From NCBI GenBank assembly GCA_047495785.1, contig JBLDXI010000014.1, positions 1 through 64,000 of the forward strand: 64,000 nt of DNA, in the 5' to 3' direction. Positions 50,201 through 64,000 of this stretch are shown piece by piece. The translations under genes were made by a program, and so were the position numbers. The notes under the pieces were generated by a model, which saw only the letters and a list, made by a program, of their open reading frames with translations, did no database searches and was not told the origin of the DNA. This DNA is from Lepidodermella squamata. Taxonomy: Eukaryota; Animalia; Gastrotricha. How positions within the stretch are numbered: the first letter of the stretch is position 1; the number at the start of each line of letters is the position of its first letter.

Positions 50201-53200
50201 ACCGTTACTAGTTGTAAGAGCGAGAGGCGCGGTCTGCTGACCATTTGAAGCAGCTAAAGCCGATGCAGCGGCTTGCCGCCGGTTGCCCCGACCGCGGGCA
50301 CTTCGACCTTTGCTGACAGCCACCTTACCAGCTCGGGCTCCCGGGGTTGGTTTGATGTCGTACAATGATCCGGAGCTGTTCGAGCTAACAGACGACGAGG
50401 AAGACGAAGACGAGGTCGAGGAGGCCGATGACGAAGAACCGCCGCCGATTGAGTTCAAGATAGAGGATGCGCCGGGTTGCTTTTTCCATAAATAATAATA
50501 TTCGATGAGCTCCGCCGTCTGCCGCTCACCTAGCAGTTCTTGTTTGATTTTGAAAAAATTCTTTCCGTGAACTTTAATTCCTTTGATAATTTTTTTCTAC
50601 AAAAAAAAATCAAAATGCCGAGGTTGATTATTAAATTGATCTCAAGGCATTATTATTACCTGTTCGTCCTCAGAAAAGGTCGAGACAATAGATTTTGGTA
50701 GAGGCGATGCGGTCATCGCAGCCAACGCCCGCTCTGTGCTGTAGGCGCACTGGTGCAACACGTCGTGGGCTTTAGCGATCACAATGTCGGTTGAAAGAAT
50801 GGGGCTGTCACATGCCGGCGCGTCCTTCTCTCCGGAGTTGGTACTCGGCAGCGCCAAGTTTCTAAAAAATTATTAATCGTCGGTTATTAATAATTGGTCA
50901 ACAATTAGGAAGTGCATGTAATTCGCAAATCCTACAAATAATACTCAGCCATTTCATAAAACTGACAGATAACTCAACAATAAATATTCCGCACTGCTAA
51001 AAAAATGTTTTCAATTAATTTCAGCTCCAACTAATCGGAATGTAATCAAAAGTGTCCCGGGAAATGAAGCCTCATTAAGCTACCAAATTTCAAAGATGGG
51101 TATATTTTCTACCAATTTAAGGCTACGCTCAATCCGATCCAAATTCTAAGCCCATGCGAAGAACTGAAGACAGCGGGCCAAAAATGGAGTTAGCTTACGA
51201 AAATCAATATTAAAGCTTTTGGATCTTCAACAAATAAATCCTAGATAATTCCCTAAAAAGAAAAGCAAAATTATAAATTAAATAACTATTTACTTGATGG
51301 CAGTGAGATATGCGGCCATGTCGTCTTCGGAGATGCTATCGGGTTTCCAACACAACATGGCATCTGTTGGTTCCGTATCGGGCACGTGCCCATTTGTCGC
51401 ATTTGCAGCAACATTCGAGCCGTTACTATTGCTAGCCGGATCGACACTGCCGTTGGTTGGAGGCGGAGGCGGCGGCGGGCTCTGATGGCCGGCCTGGCAC
51501 TCCGGTAACTTCGCCTGGTAAGAAGCGCCGACTCTTATCTCGCCCAGTGTTCTGCCGATTCGACCCGATTCGGGTGAAAAATGGAGAATATAAAAGTAGG
51601 CGTCGTTGATGGGCACAAATTCTCGAACTGCCGAGCTGAAATTGTGATAATGACTGAGCGTTGCTTTACCACTGTGAGAAACAATCAGATAAACAAAAAA
51701 TGCCAAGGGCAATTTGATAATCACGTACGAGATAGCAGTAAGTGGATAATCAACTTGGACGTCGGATATAAAGAGTTCTCGAGAGGAAATTAACGAATAA
51801 AATGAAGGCCAGTCAGCCGGCACCGGCGTATCATTTGCTGAAAAAGCACTTGCGGCCTTTAAACGTACTAGATCAAAAAGAAAAGAGAAAAATAAGAAAA
51901 TCAATAGGCCTGATTAATTAAAAACCGACTAAGCCATATATATGAATAGGGATTTGTACAGCTCACTTTTGTAAATTTAAGTAATTGCGCTTTACCTAAT
52001 CTGGGCAAGAAAACATAAAATCCGTCACTCGACACCTTTGGCGGTTTAATAGTTTTCTTGTTAGAAGTAGGTATGTGCGTATGCGCGTGTGTGTGTGTGG
52101 ATAGGATTTGTGTTTGTGTAGTTAGCGCAATGAAAGTAGCAACGAAATTAATGTTATAATTTCGAGACGACAACAGTCAAGTACGCGAGCGCGGGCCAAA
52201 CAAAGCAGAATGGGCATTTGTCCGACGACATGTTTATGTGTTTATTTGCAGAGCTATTTATGCGACAAAGCGAGCGAGGTAATACTATCGCCATAGCCAT
52301 CATGCCATCATCATCATCAGCATCATCAGGCTACAGAGCATTCAACTTGAAAGCAGCAGCAGCAGCAGCAGGCTGTGACAATAATTATTACATACCATTG
52401 AGCTAATACGCTGCATAGGTGGGGTAGGTGGTGCTATATAGCTGGCTAGCAGCATGGTGGTTTATAATACTTAATCATCAAGTGATGTGTTCTGCTGCTC
52501 CCATTGTTGCGATAATAAAAAAAAAACAACCCAGACGCAGTCAACCGGAAGTCTGGCCTTGTATGTTCGGGTCGTATAAAAATGACAATATGTATATATA
52601 ATTGTAAAAATAATAAACAAAGGCTAAGATGAAGCGCCGATAAGCAGAAATGTTAAATAGATGTAGACTTGCGCTATTAAGCTATTGAAGGTGGAGATGG
52701 CCACACAAAAAATGGTCAAAAAGTAAACGTGAAACAAACAAACAATGAAGCCGAGGACAAGATGCCAGAAAGTGAAGGAGTAAGTGACAGAGCCCCTTTA
52801 TTAGTTGAAAGCCGACTGCGAACAATATCTTATCCACAAACACGCACACGCATACATACATATAGAAAAGCGGCGTGTTTCATGAGAGAGATTGGACTAA
52901 CACAAAGGTCGTGTGTGCGGTTGGCAAGTCCAAGCAAGCACAACTAACGTGTTTAGGCAGTTGTCGGAATAATAGTCGCCATGTTGTTGTTATTATTACA
53001 CACCTCATATTATAAGATGGTGTTGCCATAATACGAGCTCGACTGCCAATATACTAACAACACTAACCACCTAGACATAGACACTTACTACTACTACCGA
53101 AAGACAGGTATGTATGAAAGCCACGAGTGTGTACACATGATACGAGGGGGAGATCAACACATCGCTCGCGAACGGCCGCAGCAGTGAAGGACAAGCTGCA

Positions 53201-55513
53201 GAGGAAGAATATATCCATCTACACAGGCACACTTTAGCCGGCCGTTTACACGGGATACGGGGCTCGTGAAACGTTTCGCGCCGGCGGTATATCGCCATTA
53301 CACGCAGTAATATTGTTGTGATTACATGCGGGCAATTTAGCAACTCGCAAAAGCCAGAGAACGGAAGTATGCCGGTAAAAGCGATGCAGGATGCAGATCC
53401 ACTTGAAAGGAGCAGCCAGCAGCAGCAACAGCGCGCGAGAATGGACCGCCCGGCTAAGATAAATAATAAACAGAAGCGGGCCAATAATAACACGGCGCGC
53501 GACGTGAGCGCTCGCCAGCATTTTGATAATGTGCAAACGTGCCGGCTATATTATCGTGTTATTTGTTGTACAATCAAGCCGATTTGTCTGATACTGATCT
53601 AAATAATTAGCCGAACAACAACATCTCCCGCAAGAACAAACCGCCAAGTTTCAAATCCGCTGCTCATTTTAAACAACAACTCGAAAGCTACAACTACAGT
53701 AGCAACAAGAATGGGGTAGGGTTGAAGTGTCGCAGCGACACTGTGATTACGGCATGCGATTGGACGCTCTTGATAAAATAATCCGCTGGCATACTAATAA
53801 CAGCGCTCAGCCCTGAAAGTTTAGCCCTTAACGACAATGACGACCACGACCACCATCAACTATGTATCATGTTGATGTATTTGCCATGTAATTATGTGCG
53901 AATTGCAAATGGCAAATGAAGGAAAGAAAGGGAGCAGGGCAGAACATGACCGTTAGTAGTTAAGCCAGAGAGATGACGCCCGACATACGGCGAATCAAGC
54001 ACACCCACCACACCACAAGTGCCGACTTCACACACGAATAACATGGATGCATAGATCGATAAGTCGCGATTATGCCATCCCCAGAGCCCGATGCAAAGCG
54101 CCACGGTCCCAAACGACAATCAAACGCAATACATGGTGGAACGGGTAAGTTGCAGGCATTCGATTTGGAATTTACCGGGCTAGCGGCAAGCTGAAGAGAT
54201 TGACAAAAAATACACAAAACGCGGCAATGCGTTGAGACAAATGTAAGCCAGCGAAATGATGAATAAGCAACAAACGGTCGTTAAAACACACGGTAAAAGG
54301 TGTCGATGTCCTAAACAAGTCGAAATGGGTTTGAGCCTCGCAGGGACAGCCTAAAGTGTGTATAGACCACAGCAAAACAGAATGAGAATGCAGCGCGTGT
54401 GGGACTGAGTAAATGCAGTTGTAGAACTAGTAATGTTTGTACTGCGACCGCGCCTTGGCTTTCACTACTTTGTGCTCCGTAGTACACAAACATGCGAGAT
54501 GTTTATACGTAGTACAAACATTAGACGCGTGTATTATATATGCCACATAGTACTATAATATAATAATATGCCTATTGCTGATAGCTTTGATACTACTCGC
54601 GAGAATCTGAAAGAGCGCCAGAGCGCAACACCAGAAGCACAGTATGTGCGAGAGTGAGTGAGTGTTCTCGCATGCGAGTTGAGCGGCACAAAAATCAATT
54701 TTTGCCCATTATAACAACGAATGAGAATAATCGGGCGTCGTGCCATGCACAAACTATGAAAGAGGCTATAGACGAACACGCCAGGCATAAATACACTTGA
54801 ATATTATATTACTCTGCGAGACGTCAAATGAAATAATACGCCGCACATGGTCAATATGCATTTACAAATAAATACGTGTCAAGTGTTTGGTACACATTTA
54901 CGCGCGAAGTAATTAATGTAATTTAGCTGCGACAACTTCAAGACCGATTGCTATTGTATTAACAAAATTTGGCGTGAAAGCTAGAAGCCGATAAGTGGAA
55001 CAAATCGCAATTTAACTACTCATCAAAATACAAGCATATAGTTACAATAATAAATTGAGCAACTAGTAGCAAGCGAATTGAAAAAACCTACTATTTTCAG
55101 TGTCCCCAAACGAAGCATCGCTCTTGGCTCTCTCCCTTGAAGGACTCAATCCGCTTTCCACATTGTCTGACAGCAGGCCCGTCGGTAATTCTGCAGATCT
55201 GTATAGCCGACGAGCACGAAAACAAATAAGATCCGGCTTGGTCTGTTTACACATGAGATGAGAAATTGTTTGGGTTAAAGAAAGCCGACGAGGCCACTCA
55301 CCTGGAAAGGCTGATAAAAACTGTCAATAAGACAGATAACCGATAATTGAGTCTTCGAGTTTTTCACATATACTGTATCTAAACTCAACAAATTATCATT
55401 TCAGGATATGCATGTGAAACTAACTCACCTCCTTTAGAAAAGGTTTGACCAGTCTTAAACAATATTGTCTTCACGACTTCGGGATCTTCTTCGTCATAAA
55501 TAACGTCACACAT
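46149..55513 (-). CDS. RERE: RERE/Atrophin corepressor (BAH, ELM2, SANT, polyQ/RE repeats), 10 exons, ~1565 aa
   Basis: GDTVYV, RELFISD, GEIRVGASYQAKLP, GKNFFKI..ELL...ELIEYYYLWKK, NSCSRTD, HTHLHLHQ. Exons 55513-55429, 55378-55302, 55242-55092, 51867-51729, 51671-51294, 50861-50660, 50596-49096, 48910-47934, 47495-46532, 46372-46149. Confidence 0.92.
47030..48700. repeat. Coding CAG/CAA (polyQ) and GCN (polyA) tracts
   Basis: Multiple TGC/TGT runs on the + strand within RERE exons. Confidence 0.95.
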
Positions 55514-58128
55514 ATATATCAAACCAAATATATGTAATCAGCAACTAACATCAAGAGAAAGCAATTTTAGACCTAAAATAGAACACCAATCGGACATCAA
55601 AATAATAACTGAAACCGAAGAGCAAAGAATTATTAAAGCAGTGACGAAGCAAGTTTTCCTGTATAAGTGGGTTAAGTTACAGTTTATTTATCCAGCCCGG
55701 CGTCGTGGCCCATCCGACAGAAAATCCTAAAATAGTCTTGATTAGTCTTGATAACACAATTGATAACTATTATACCGTACTGCCCGAATTGTAGGGCCTG
55801 TTCTTTATTTTTTTCAAACCAAGTCAAAACCCTGTCTTATATTTGGGACCGCCCTTTATTTGAGGCCTAAACGATCGGCGATCAATTTTCGCTGATAGGC
55901 ATAACAAGATCAGCGAGCAGTGAGGTAACTGTCACGTATCAATTAGCAGTCATCTACTATCTAGCCTCCAATCTCGAGTCTCGAGTAACTAATGCTGAGA
56001 AATGCTATGAGCTTTACGGTCGTCTCCCAATTACGGGTGATCTTATGCAAAAGGAACGATCTGATGGTGCTTAATTAGCAAAGCATATATGACAGTACAA
56101 ATGATCCAAGTATTTCAAAATTATTTAGTCAAGAATTTAGCTCTCGGCAAGTAGTTCAGGAATAATTAATACCTATAATACCACTTCAAGGCTCTGCATC
56201 ATCCATAATCCAAGTAATCCAAAGCTTACCAATTTCCACGAAACAAGATTGACTGTTCAAGACAGAAGACAGCAAACGCCAAGTACAAAGTACAGAGCAG
56301 TAATCGGTAGTAGACTTTAAAACCTAAGCGTCATCCTAAAATGTATCCCATCCATGTTACAGATAAGTGCTTACTGTATGGAAAAATCAAAGATCCAACA
56401 ATCAGTTGACACTGCCAAAAAGGTAGAGAATTTCAATGTCATCTTAACAAACGCGAGTACTGATTATTGAAATGGAGGTACCCGGTACCCAAGTGTCATC
56501 TGTCAAAATTTATGCCCGGATGTTCCGGACGTATGTGAGCTATTTGCTAGCCCAGCAACAAAACGCCGAAGACCGAAGAGACCAACGGTCGCACATAGCA
56601 TTAGGGGAGAGAGAGGAGATTGATATTAGCACGTCGTCCGCCACGTCTAAGACGATCGACTAAAAATATCGCCTATTCAGCCGAAAAATAAACGCAACAA
56701 TTTTCAGACCAGAGCTGCTCCAAGCAACAGTCAGGTGCCCACCACAAGCCACACGGACTTCCTTACCTCCTACTAAGTTAGTGGAGGGGTTCGTCCAGAA
56801 AGGGTCAGAGGCTGCTTCATCCAGCGCCCCCTCAACATCGCGGGCAATTTAAAATTGGAAAAATTATTATTAGAATTGTAGTAGTAAAAACAATCAATAA
56901 CGATAATTTATTGTTGGCTGACACAACTTTGTCAGTCATTTGCCGCAGTATTCTTCAGGCCTTGATCTCCCAGAGTTCCGAGTTCCGCTACGAGTTTGTT
57001 CATCTGGTCCGGATCGTTTCCGGATCCGTGAGTTCCGGATCGGATTGATTTTCGTACACGATTGATGTTAACTAGAAGAGGAGCTCTACTGTCTTCTGGG
57101 CTACTTTTCTTCTGGCTTTGCTGCCGAACTCGATCGCAAAGCGAGCAACAATTTTCGCGACTCACAACCGCCAACGTCACAATGGACTCTGCGCGCAACA
57201 AAGGAGCTCTTCTCAGGGCGAACTGCGACTCGTGATCCCGCTCTGCCGCGCAAAAAGACCAACCTCCAGAGGAAGTACCACGTCCTTGTTGTGCATTCAA
57301 AAAGGACACCTGGAAGCCAGTCAGCATTGACGAGCAATTTACCCCCGAATGCTTCTATTGCAAGCGCTGTTTCACGCTGAGTGCGCTGTTATCTCCCCAC
57401 ATGGGGGCGTCTACGCTGTGTGTTGTGCTTGCAATCTTCGGGACTCCGAGCAGAGGAAGGCTGAAAAAACCGCAGGGGGCACCCTTTGGTTTCTTCGAAT
57501 GGGTCCTAGAAAACAAGTAGAAAACACCTCAGCTCCCGGATCCTACTTCGCACACTGGTCTACGGCGACGATGGCCAACTGTGGTTCTGCAATCAAAAAA
57601 GTTGTCAAGGCCAGAAGCAGAAATATGATATTTTTATAGTAACGCCGGTGCCAATCGAAACCTCGGCGAACCTCCGAAGAACTAAAGAAAGAACCAAAGA
57701 AATAAAGATATAAAGAGAAGCGATGGAGTCACGGTGTTCATGTCTTTTATTTCATTTCTATAACGTTTAGCTGTCATCAATTTTTGCGATAACGAGCTTT
57801 TTCAAAAATAACACAAGCTACCAATTGAAAGGGGGGATTGAAGGCCACGGTCGGGCAAAATCAGAATAAACGAAAAATATAAATTGTCTGTAGAATAGCG
57901 TGACCTTCTCAAATTTTACATTGCAAAGCGATAGCTTCTGCGAAACCGGATCATATCTATGTATAATATTGATCACATGCAATGACAATGCCGTTGGAAA
58001 TAAAGAAGACTTTATCGGCTAAAAAAGCAATAAAAAATAAACGGCGCATCACATAGAGCGCAGGTATACTATTGAGTCGTGGGCTGGAACGAATATAGGG
58101 AGTAGGAAAGCTGATTGCACTGCGAACC

Positions 58129-60145
58129 TCAGTGGTTTGAAGACGCGGCCGAATACGAGCTGTCTACCTTGAGTTGAGCCGGATAGTTTACGTTAACGAT
58201 CTTCAGCTGATGCTGCGCCGCAGACTTGGAATTTGCCGAGATGACAGGCAGTGATAGCTTGCTGCCTTGAGCCGGCCGTGTCAAGTTATATATCACATTT
58301 GAAGGCGGCGGGAACGGGAAAACAATCTGCTGATGCGTGCCTGGCCCTACTGACCCTACGTTGCTTGATTGCACCAGGCTGCCGGTATTTGTCGAGACCA
58401 GCTTTTTGATCACCGTAGTCGTACCAGCCGGCGTCGCATTTGGCTGTGTCGAATTCCGCCCATTCGTTTGGTACGGTGTTATTCCGTTGCTTTGACGCTG
58501 TTGTCCTATGCTCTCCCCTCGAATCACAGCGGCACCGTTGGTCATTGCCATCACCGGCGTCTGCTTGCTCGCTGCCATTTTGCCTTGTTGCTGCTGCTGC
58601 TGGCCTAAAGTTGACGATTGCCTTGCAACAAGGACAGCTGCTCCTCGAGTCTGGGGACGAGAATTGCGGCGTGAAAGCAGCTGGTTGTGTCCACCAGCCT
58701 GGCGACCAACTGCTATGTGGCTACTCGATGCACCTGCTGTAGACTCGACGCGAACAACGAAGTCGCCCTCATCATCGTCGATTGCTTCAAGTCGGTGCTG
58801 GACAGCCAATGCGTGATTGGTGATGCTGGCCTGTGCAGCATTAGCAGGAGCGCCACTGCGCCCTTGCTGCCGCTGCGTCAGTTCCAATTGCTTAAGTTTA
58901 CTGATGAAAACATTGAATGCTGCACTCATCGCGGCTTCTTCTATGCGGTTGGGCAATGTACCGAACAGGATGGCTCGCTGGCGATCCTCGACGAACTTTT
59001 CATAGTCGTCCTTCTCGAAATGCGCCAAACCATCAACGCCAGGAACTGTCGCCACTCGCGCAAACAAGGCACCATGTTCCGGAAGTGTTGCTGCCATGCC
59101 TAAGCCCGCTGCGCCACGCTGAAGCTGTTGCACTGCATACCCTGTGGTTGCTTTGCTGTTCGTAGCTAAGGCTACTTCGCCTAGATGACAATTATACGTT
59201 AGATCATCAAAATTGAACATTTTTTCTTTGTCAATGAACGAACAATAATTCCGAATAGGTTTCTCTCCATTGCTGAAATACCTGATATATAACACCATCA
59301 ACCCGTGGGCGAATAATGGCATTCAATTTTTCTCGAATGGCCTTCAAACGATAATTTGCTACTAAGAATTTACTATTGACATCTGCTAATGATCATCCCC
59401 TCATCATTCTCTCTCTTTATCGCCTATCCTCATGTTCTCCTCTTGCTGGGTAGCGAAATAATAGTCTTATAAAGAGGTAAAGAAAATGAAAAATTAGAGA
59501 ATTAGGGATATAAAGAACAGCCGCCTTACTTTTAGCAACACTGGGTCTTAGTTGAGCAACTGACTTGGCCTGGAGGGCCGAAGCGTCTTCTTGGCCATTA
59601 GCACCGTATGTAGCAGCGACTTCGCGCTTATTCGATGTGGAAGTCGACAAATCGACTTGGATTAGCTTCCTCGTCGCATCGAGATAGCTGCTGCTAGGCA
59701 GAACCATTGATATGGACGAGTTAACATGTGAAGCCGCCGGCGGTGGTTGCGCCAGACTCTGGCTAGCCGTCTCTCCATCATCAACACCAGTTCCTGTCGT
59801 CGATAGTCGAGACGATCCTAAGAAAGCCCGAGGAGCAGAACGGTTGCTCGTCGTCTGTGGCTTGTGCGGCACTAAGCCACTGTAGCCGGCATTACCTGTC
59901 GGGCGTTCTACAGCAACGATCATCGGAGACATTGAAGCAGCCATCATCATTGGCTGACGTCGCGTTTGAGAGTAAGTATCGCCGATACGGCTGTTCTCGC
60001 TTCCAATGTAGCTAATCGAGGTAACATCATCGGCCACTGCCCTATTCGCTGACCTCCTGCTGCTGGCAGTGCCGCCGTTATTCACGGGCGCTGCCATGCT
60101 AAAACTTGGGATGGCTTCACCAGCAAATAAGTTTAATCTAAACAT
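58129..60145 (-). CDS. Unidentified multi-exon protein-coding gene (largely low complexity)
   Basis: Two co-oriented ORFs (242 and 397 aa) with S/Q/A-rich composition; splicing between them not resolved. Confidence 0.6.
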
Positions 60146-63100
60146 TATAAAGATAAAAAATTTTAGGGTATGTCGTAGGGTAGGTGGGGCTCAAGGTTGT
60201 ATTCGTCGTCTTCGAGCATGTGCTGAGAAAAATACTGCTTGGAGGCTTCTTTCCAACTTAACACGCATAGCAGCAACCAGATCATGAATAAAGCAGGAGC
60301 GAGAGCGAATGGGTTTTTGCTGGTACTACCGCACTACCGACGCCACGGCTGGCAACCACCGAGAAACTGATCGTGCGTTTATTTTTCCAAGTGGCAAATC
60401 GCGGCAAAAAGCGATATTATACTTTGTTTTTGTTAATATTTAACGAAGTAGGTACATGCGACGAGTTGTTTATAAATCGACGTAGTTAAAAATGCACAGA
60501 TGATGATGGGTTTGCAAGACTAAACATGCGCGCTTATATTTTTTACGCAGCATTCGCGGTGATGTCAGCAGGTTTGATCGCAGCAGCAGCGGAAAATAGA
60601 CTAACTCAGCGTGAGAGAAGCTCAATGATTGTCTGCTCGAGAGCCCGCATATAAGTTGACAAAAAGTACCAGCGAATCCATTCCAGCTGACGTTCGATGG
60701 CATTGCGTATACCGTAAGCCATGAATAACCAGATACAAGGGGTGTAAAATGCATAATGCCGGGAAATGTTGGGTCAATGAGAAAGTTTCAGGAAGTTTTT
60801 AAGCCTTTTTAGACCATTTTCATAACAAAAGGGGACAAAGCCGTCAGCTGAAGCTTGCTGAAGCTCGCGATTGGCTGAAGTTTTTAAAAAGAAAATCTTT
60901 AAGCCCAATATAATTTGATGATATTAGCGTTGGTATGTACCTAGGGCCATCGGGAAATTCCAGCTATGCTGCCGACAAGAAATAAGGGAATGCAGATTCT
61001 ACTCCCGTGAACAAATATAACCGTAATTATCAGGAATTCATGCTATTTGCGAGATCAACTATTCCAAAATAACAGTGCATAAGAAAAGAAAAAGCATGCT
61101 TTATTGCATGCTATGGTACAGTCTTACTAAGGACACGTTTTTTACTTGGACAAGTTCGATGTAATTCAATGAATTGTTCCAATACGACATGTGGTTGGCA
61201 TCGCTTGGAAACCGCATAGATACCCATACGCAGGCATTCTTCGCAGATATGATCTCACAATCAAACAGTGGTGTTGTCGCTTTATTTTCTCTAAGAGCAA
61301 GCCCGCCACGCCCAGTCTGCGTTTAATGACACGGCGCCTAAGGGTGCTTGGGCGCAATATCGAACGGAAATCGACATAGAAAGCAAGCACCGCTGTTTTG
61401 TTCTGAATTTCGGTGGATTCCCACGCCGCTGCATACGTAGCGCTACAAAAAATCGACTGTCGCACCAAGGCGATTCTTTCTCACGCGCACACGGCACTCG
61501 CATGGCAATAAAATTCGCAGCGATTCATGCGGTCCCGTACGGCACCTCGCCATGGTAGCGAAGTGGTGGCAGGTTAGGTTGGCTCGGAACTCACGTGCTG
61601 AATCTTTCCGGCTGTCGGAAGCCGATTGTCCGACGTTGCACCTTTAGAAAGAGCGTTATTCTCAGACACCAATCGCTTGAAGGAAAAAATATTTTGCGAC
61701 ACCTTCGCACTTTGCTACTGCATGCCTGTGCTTGAATAACATCGTTCTTCATTTTGGAATTTTACTTTTTTAAATTATTGAACAAGCGTAACATCCAAGT
61801 GTGGAAGCTTTAAACTTGGCAAGAGAAAGTGCGGTCGTGACTTCCGTGTATTAGATTTTCCACTGATTTTGTGAAATTCAGCCAATTAGAGCAAAACCGA
61901 ATAAAAAAATCCATCGCAGTTATAGCCTATACCTATATAACCAGAATGGTGGACTATAAAAAGATAGGATATGGGTATAAAAAAATAATTAGAAATTAGA
62001 TTGCGATGCAACTCTTTGCCATTTTCGATTTTTATTTCTTACCCGGAGTGTGCGATCGAAAGATTGGTAATTGCAATTACCAATCATGTTCTTTGCTATC
62101 ATGATAGCTACTGCGGTTACAACTATTTGGCAACCAGTAAAGCTACGATGGTTTTGGGGAACTAGTAGTCAAAACTAGTAGTTTCACAGCCATCACTGCC
62201 CTATTATGATTCCCTGAAAAAACGATCAACAGCCGAAACTACCATCCGAAACAACATCAACTTTTAGACATTACCAGCAGCAACCTGCAACACCTACAAC
62301 CTAGCCAATAAACAGTCTAATACACTAATATGTCAATAAAAATCATTGGGCTGGGCGCGCATCCTTCTGTATAAAACTGGTAAGAACACCCACCTAATAA
62401 ACCAAATAGTTGTGGGAAGATCCGTCCAGATAGTTGAACCAGGAAAAAATTTAATCAATGAAAACGCAGTGGAAATTTCCGTTGTGTTGGTGTAGAGGTT
62501 GTCTTGGCCTGAAAAGTCACCTCGCCGCCGATTTTACACAGGAGAAAGACATTCTTCGAAATGGTTTTGGCAGGAACATTCATTGGCACCTATGATTCGA
62601 TAAACCGTTTTCTTGCGAAGTTTTACCCACGTGGTAGGTTTACGTAGGAACTTCCGAAACGTGCGCTTTTTAAAGCACTTACACTCTGGCGAAGTAAATG
62701 GCAAACTGAGGTTGAAAGAAAGGTGGAAGATAGTATCATGGAACTTCCCATTTAACTTTGATCTTTGATATCGCTCCAGTCCGGCAGCATGTCCGGCAGC
62801 CTACGTCTTGACGTTCCCGAGTAAATGTGATCTTTGTCGCACTAGTTACAGAGTTAAAGAGTTACAGAGTTAAAGCATCCCATGAATTTTCCGTTATTAC
62901 TCAGTTTTAGTGAAATCAGACTGCAGGCATTGGCGGGAACTGATTTGATCAGTATCTCCAAATAGTCTCCTGTTGCTTGAAAACTAAAAGAACTAGAAGA
63001 GCGGTGTTTTGTATTGGAACTCAACTCAAGAAACCTATAACCTCAAGCGGACCAGGGAAGGTCAACCAGCGTCAAAACGAAATTCTAATCGTCGTACCTT

Positions 63101-63181
63101 ATGCCCGTCTCTCCGAACCCAGTTTGCGGGTCGGCAAGAGCCGTTCCAGCAAGAGAGAGAGTTAGTAAACCCGTCGACCAG

Positions 63182-63983
63182 GCCGTTTCAGATTCCATAC
63201 GCCATGAAATGCTTCCCAAGCAATTGCTTCCAAAGCAACTGCTTAGGAGAAAAGTACTTCCCAAGCAGGCAAACCGAAATGGCTAAGCTTCTGAAGCAGT
63301 TGCTTCCCAAGCAGAGTTGCGCATTTTTCACTTATTCACTTATTCACCACCGCTGAACCACAAAAGCAATCATAGTAAATCGCCAGTGAAGACAATAATT
63401 ATATTGTTAGATTCCGAACTAATGCATCTCGATCAGTCTCACCCTTAGCCCTCCACCCTAGCCGCCATTTATCGTAAGCTACGCGCCAAAACAACCACTT
63501 TGATGACTCATTTGATTGTAATTCAAGGAGCCTGACGTAATGATGCAGTATGTTCGGCTTTGTTATCACTGATCGCAGTGATCGTAATCAGCATTTACAT
63601 TCAAGGGTCGACCGTAATTCCCATACAAATCCATAAATAGTAAAGTGAGGGTTTTGGCGCGTCGCTAAGGATATCCAGATATGAAAATAAAACATCTTTT
63701 TCATTAAGTTTTCATTTTTACTGTTGAAATCATTGATAGATCGACGATTGATCATGCAACGGATCATTGCTCCGTGTTGCGCGCAAACCGCGGTAACAGG
63801 GCTAAATAGCGAATTTCGTTAAAATCTAGCTTGCTCGAATAGTATTGCTTCCCAATCAATTGCTTGGGAATCACTTGCTTGGAAGCAGCTGCTTGGGAAG
63901 CACTGAAGCAGTGCTCTCTAACCGTGATGCTTTGGAAGCAATTGCTTGGGAAGCATTTCATGGCGTATGGAATCTGAAACGGC
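63182..63983. mobile_element. Non-autonomous DNA transposon (Mutator- or Merlin-like)
   Basis: ~56-bp perfect TIR GCCGTTTCAGATTCCATACGCCATG...; subterminal TGCTTCCCAAGCA repeats; 8-bp TSD TCGACCAG (63174-63181, 63984-63991). Confidence 0.9.
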
Positions 63984-64000
63984 TCGACCAGAGAACAGAG

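Noticed and set aside
56932-61503. NADW-containing ORFs at ~57.3 kb and ~61.3 kb as BRCT-like paralogues
   Set aside because: Similarity limited to a few residues, with flanking stops.

Overview
Metazoan (bilaterian invertebrate) genomic DNA with a TTAGGG telomere motif and mostly 45-130 nt spliceosomal introns; the species cannot be named from the sequence alone. The first ~3.4 kb looks subtelomeric. It holds three (CCCTAA)n tracts, a minimal type I hammerhead ribozyme, a shared ~30-nt motif fused to telomeric repeats twice, and two LINE fragments (gag-like ORF1 plus AP-endonuclease; RT) that each end abruptly in TTAGGG repeats. This resembles a telomere-capping retroelement chain of the Athena/terminon type. 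Hand-spliced, frame-consistent host genes are LEKR1 (+), Zic/odd-paired (+), Wnt4 (-), WDFY1/2 (-), Ski/Sno (+) and RERE/Atrophin (-), plus two unidentified ORF loci. Between them are many non-autonomous DNA transposons with verifiable TIRs and TSDs, truncated CR1-group and RLE-type LINEs, and a Fat-like cadherin gene fragment split by a transposon. All family assignments come from recognised motifs; no searches were run.
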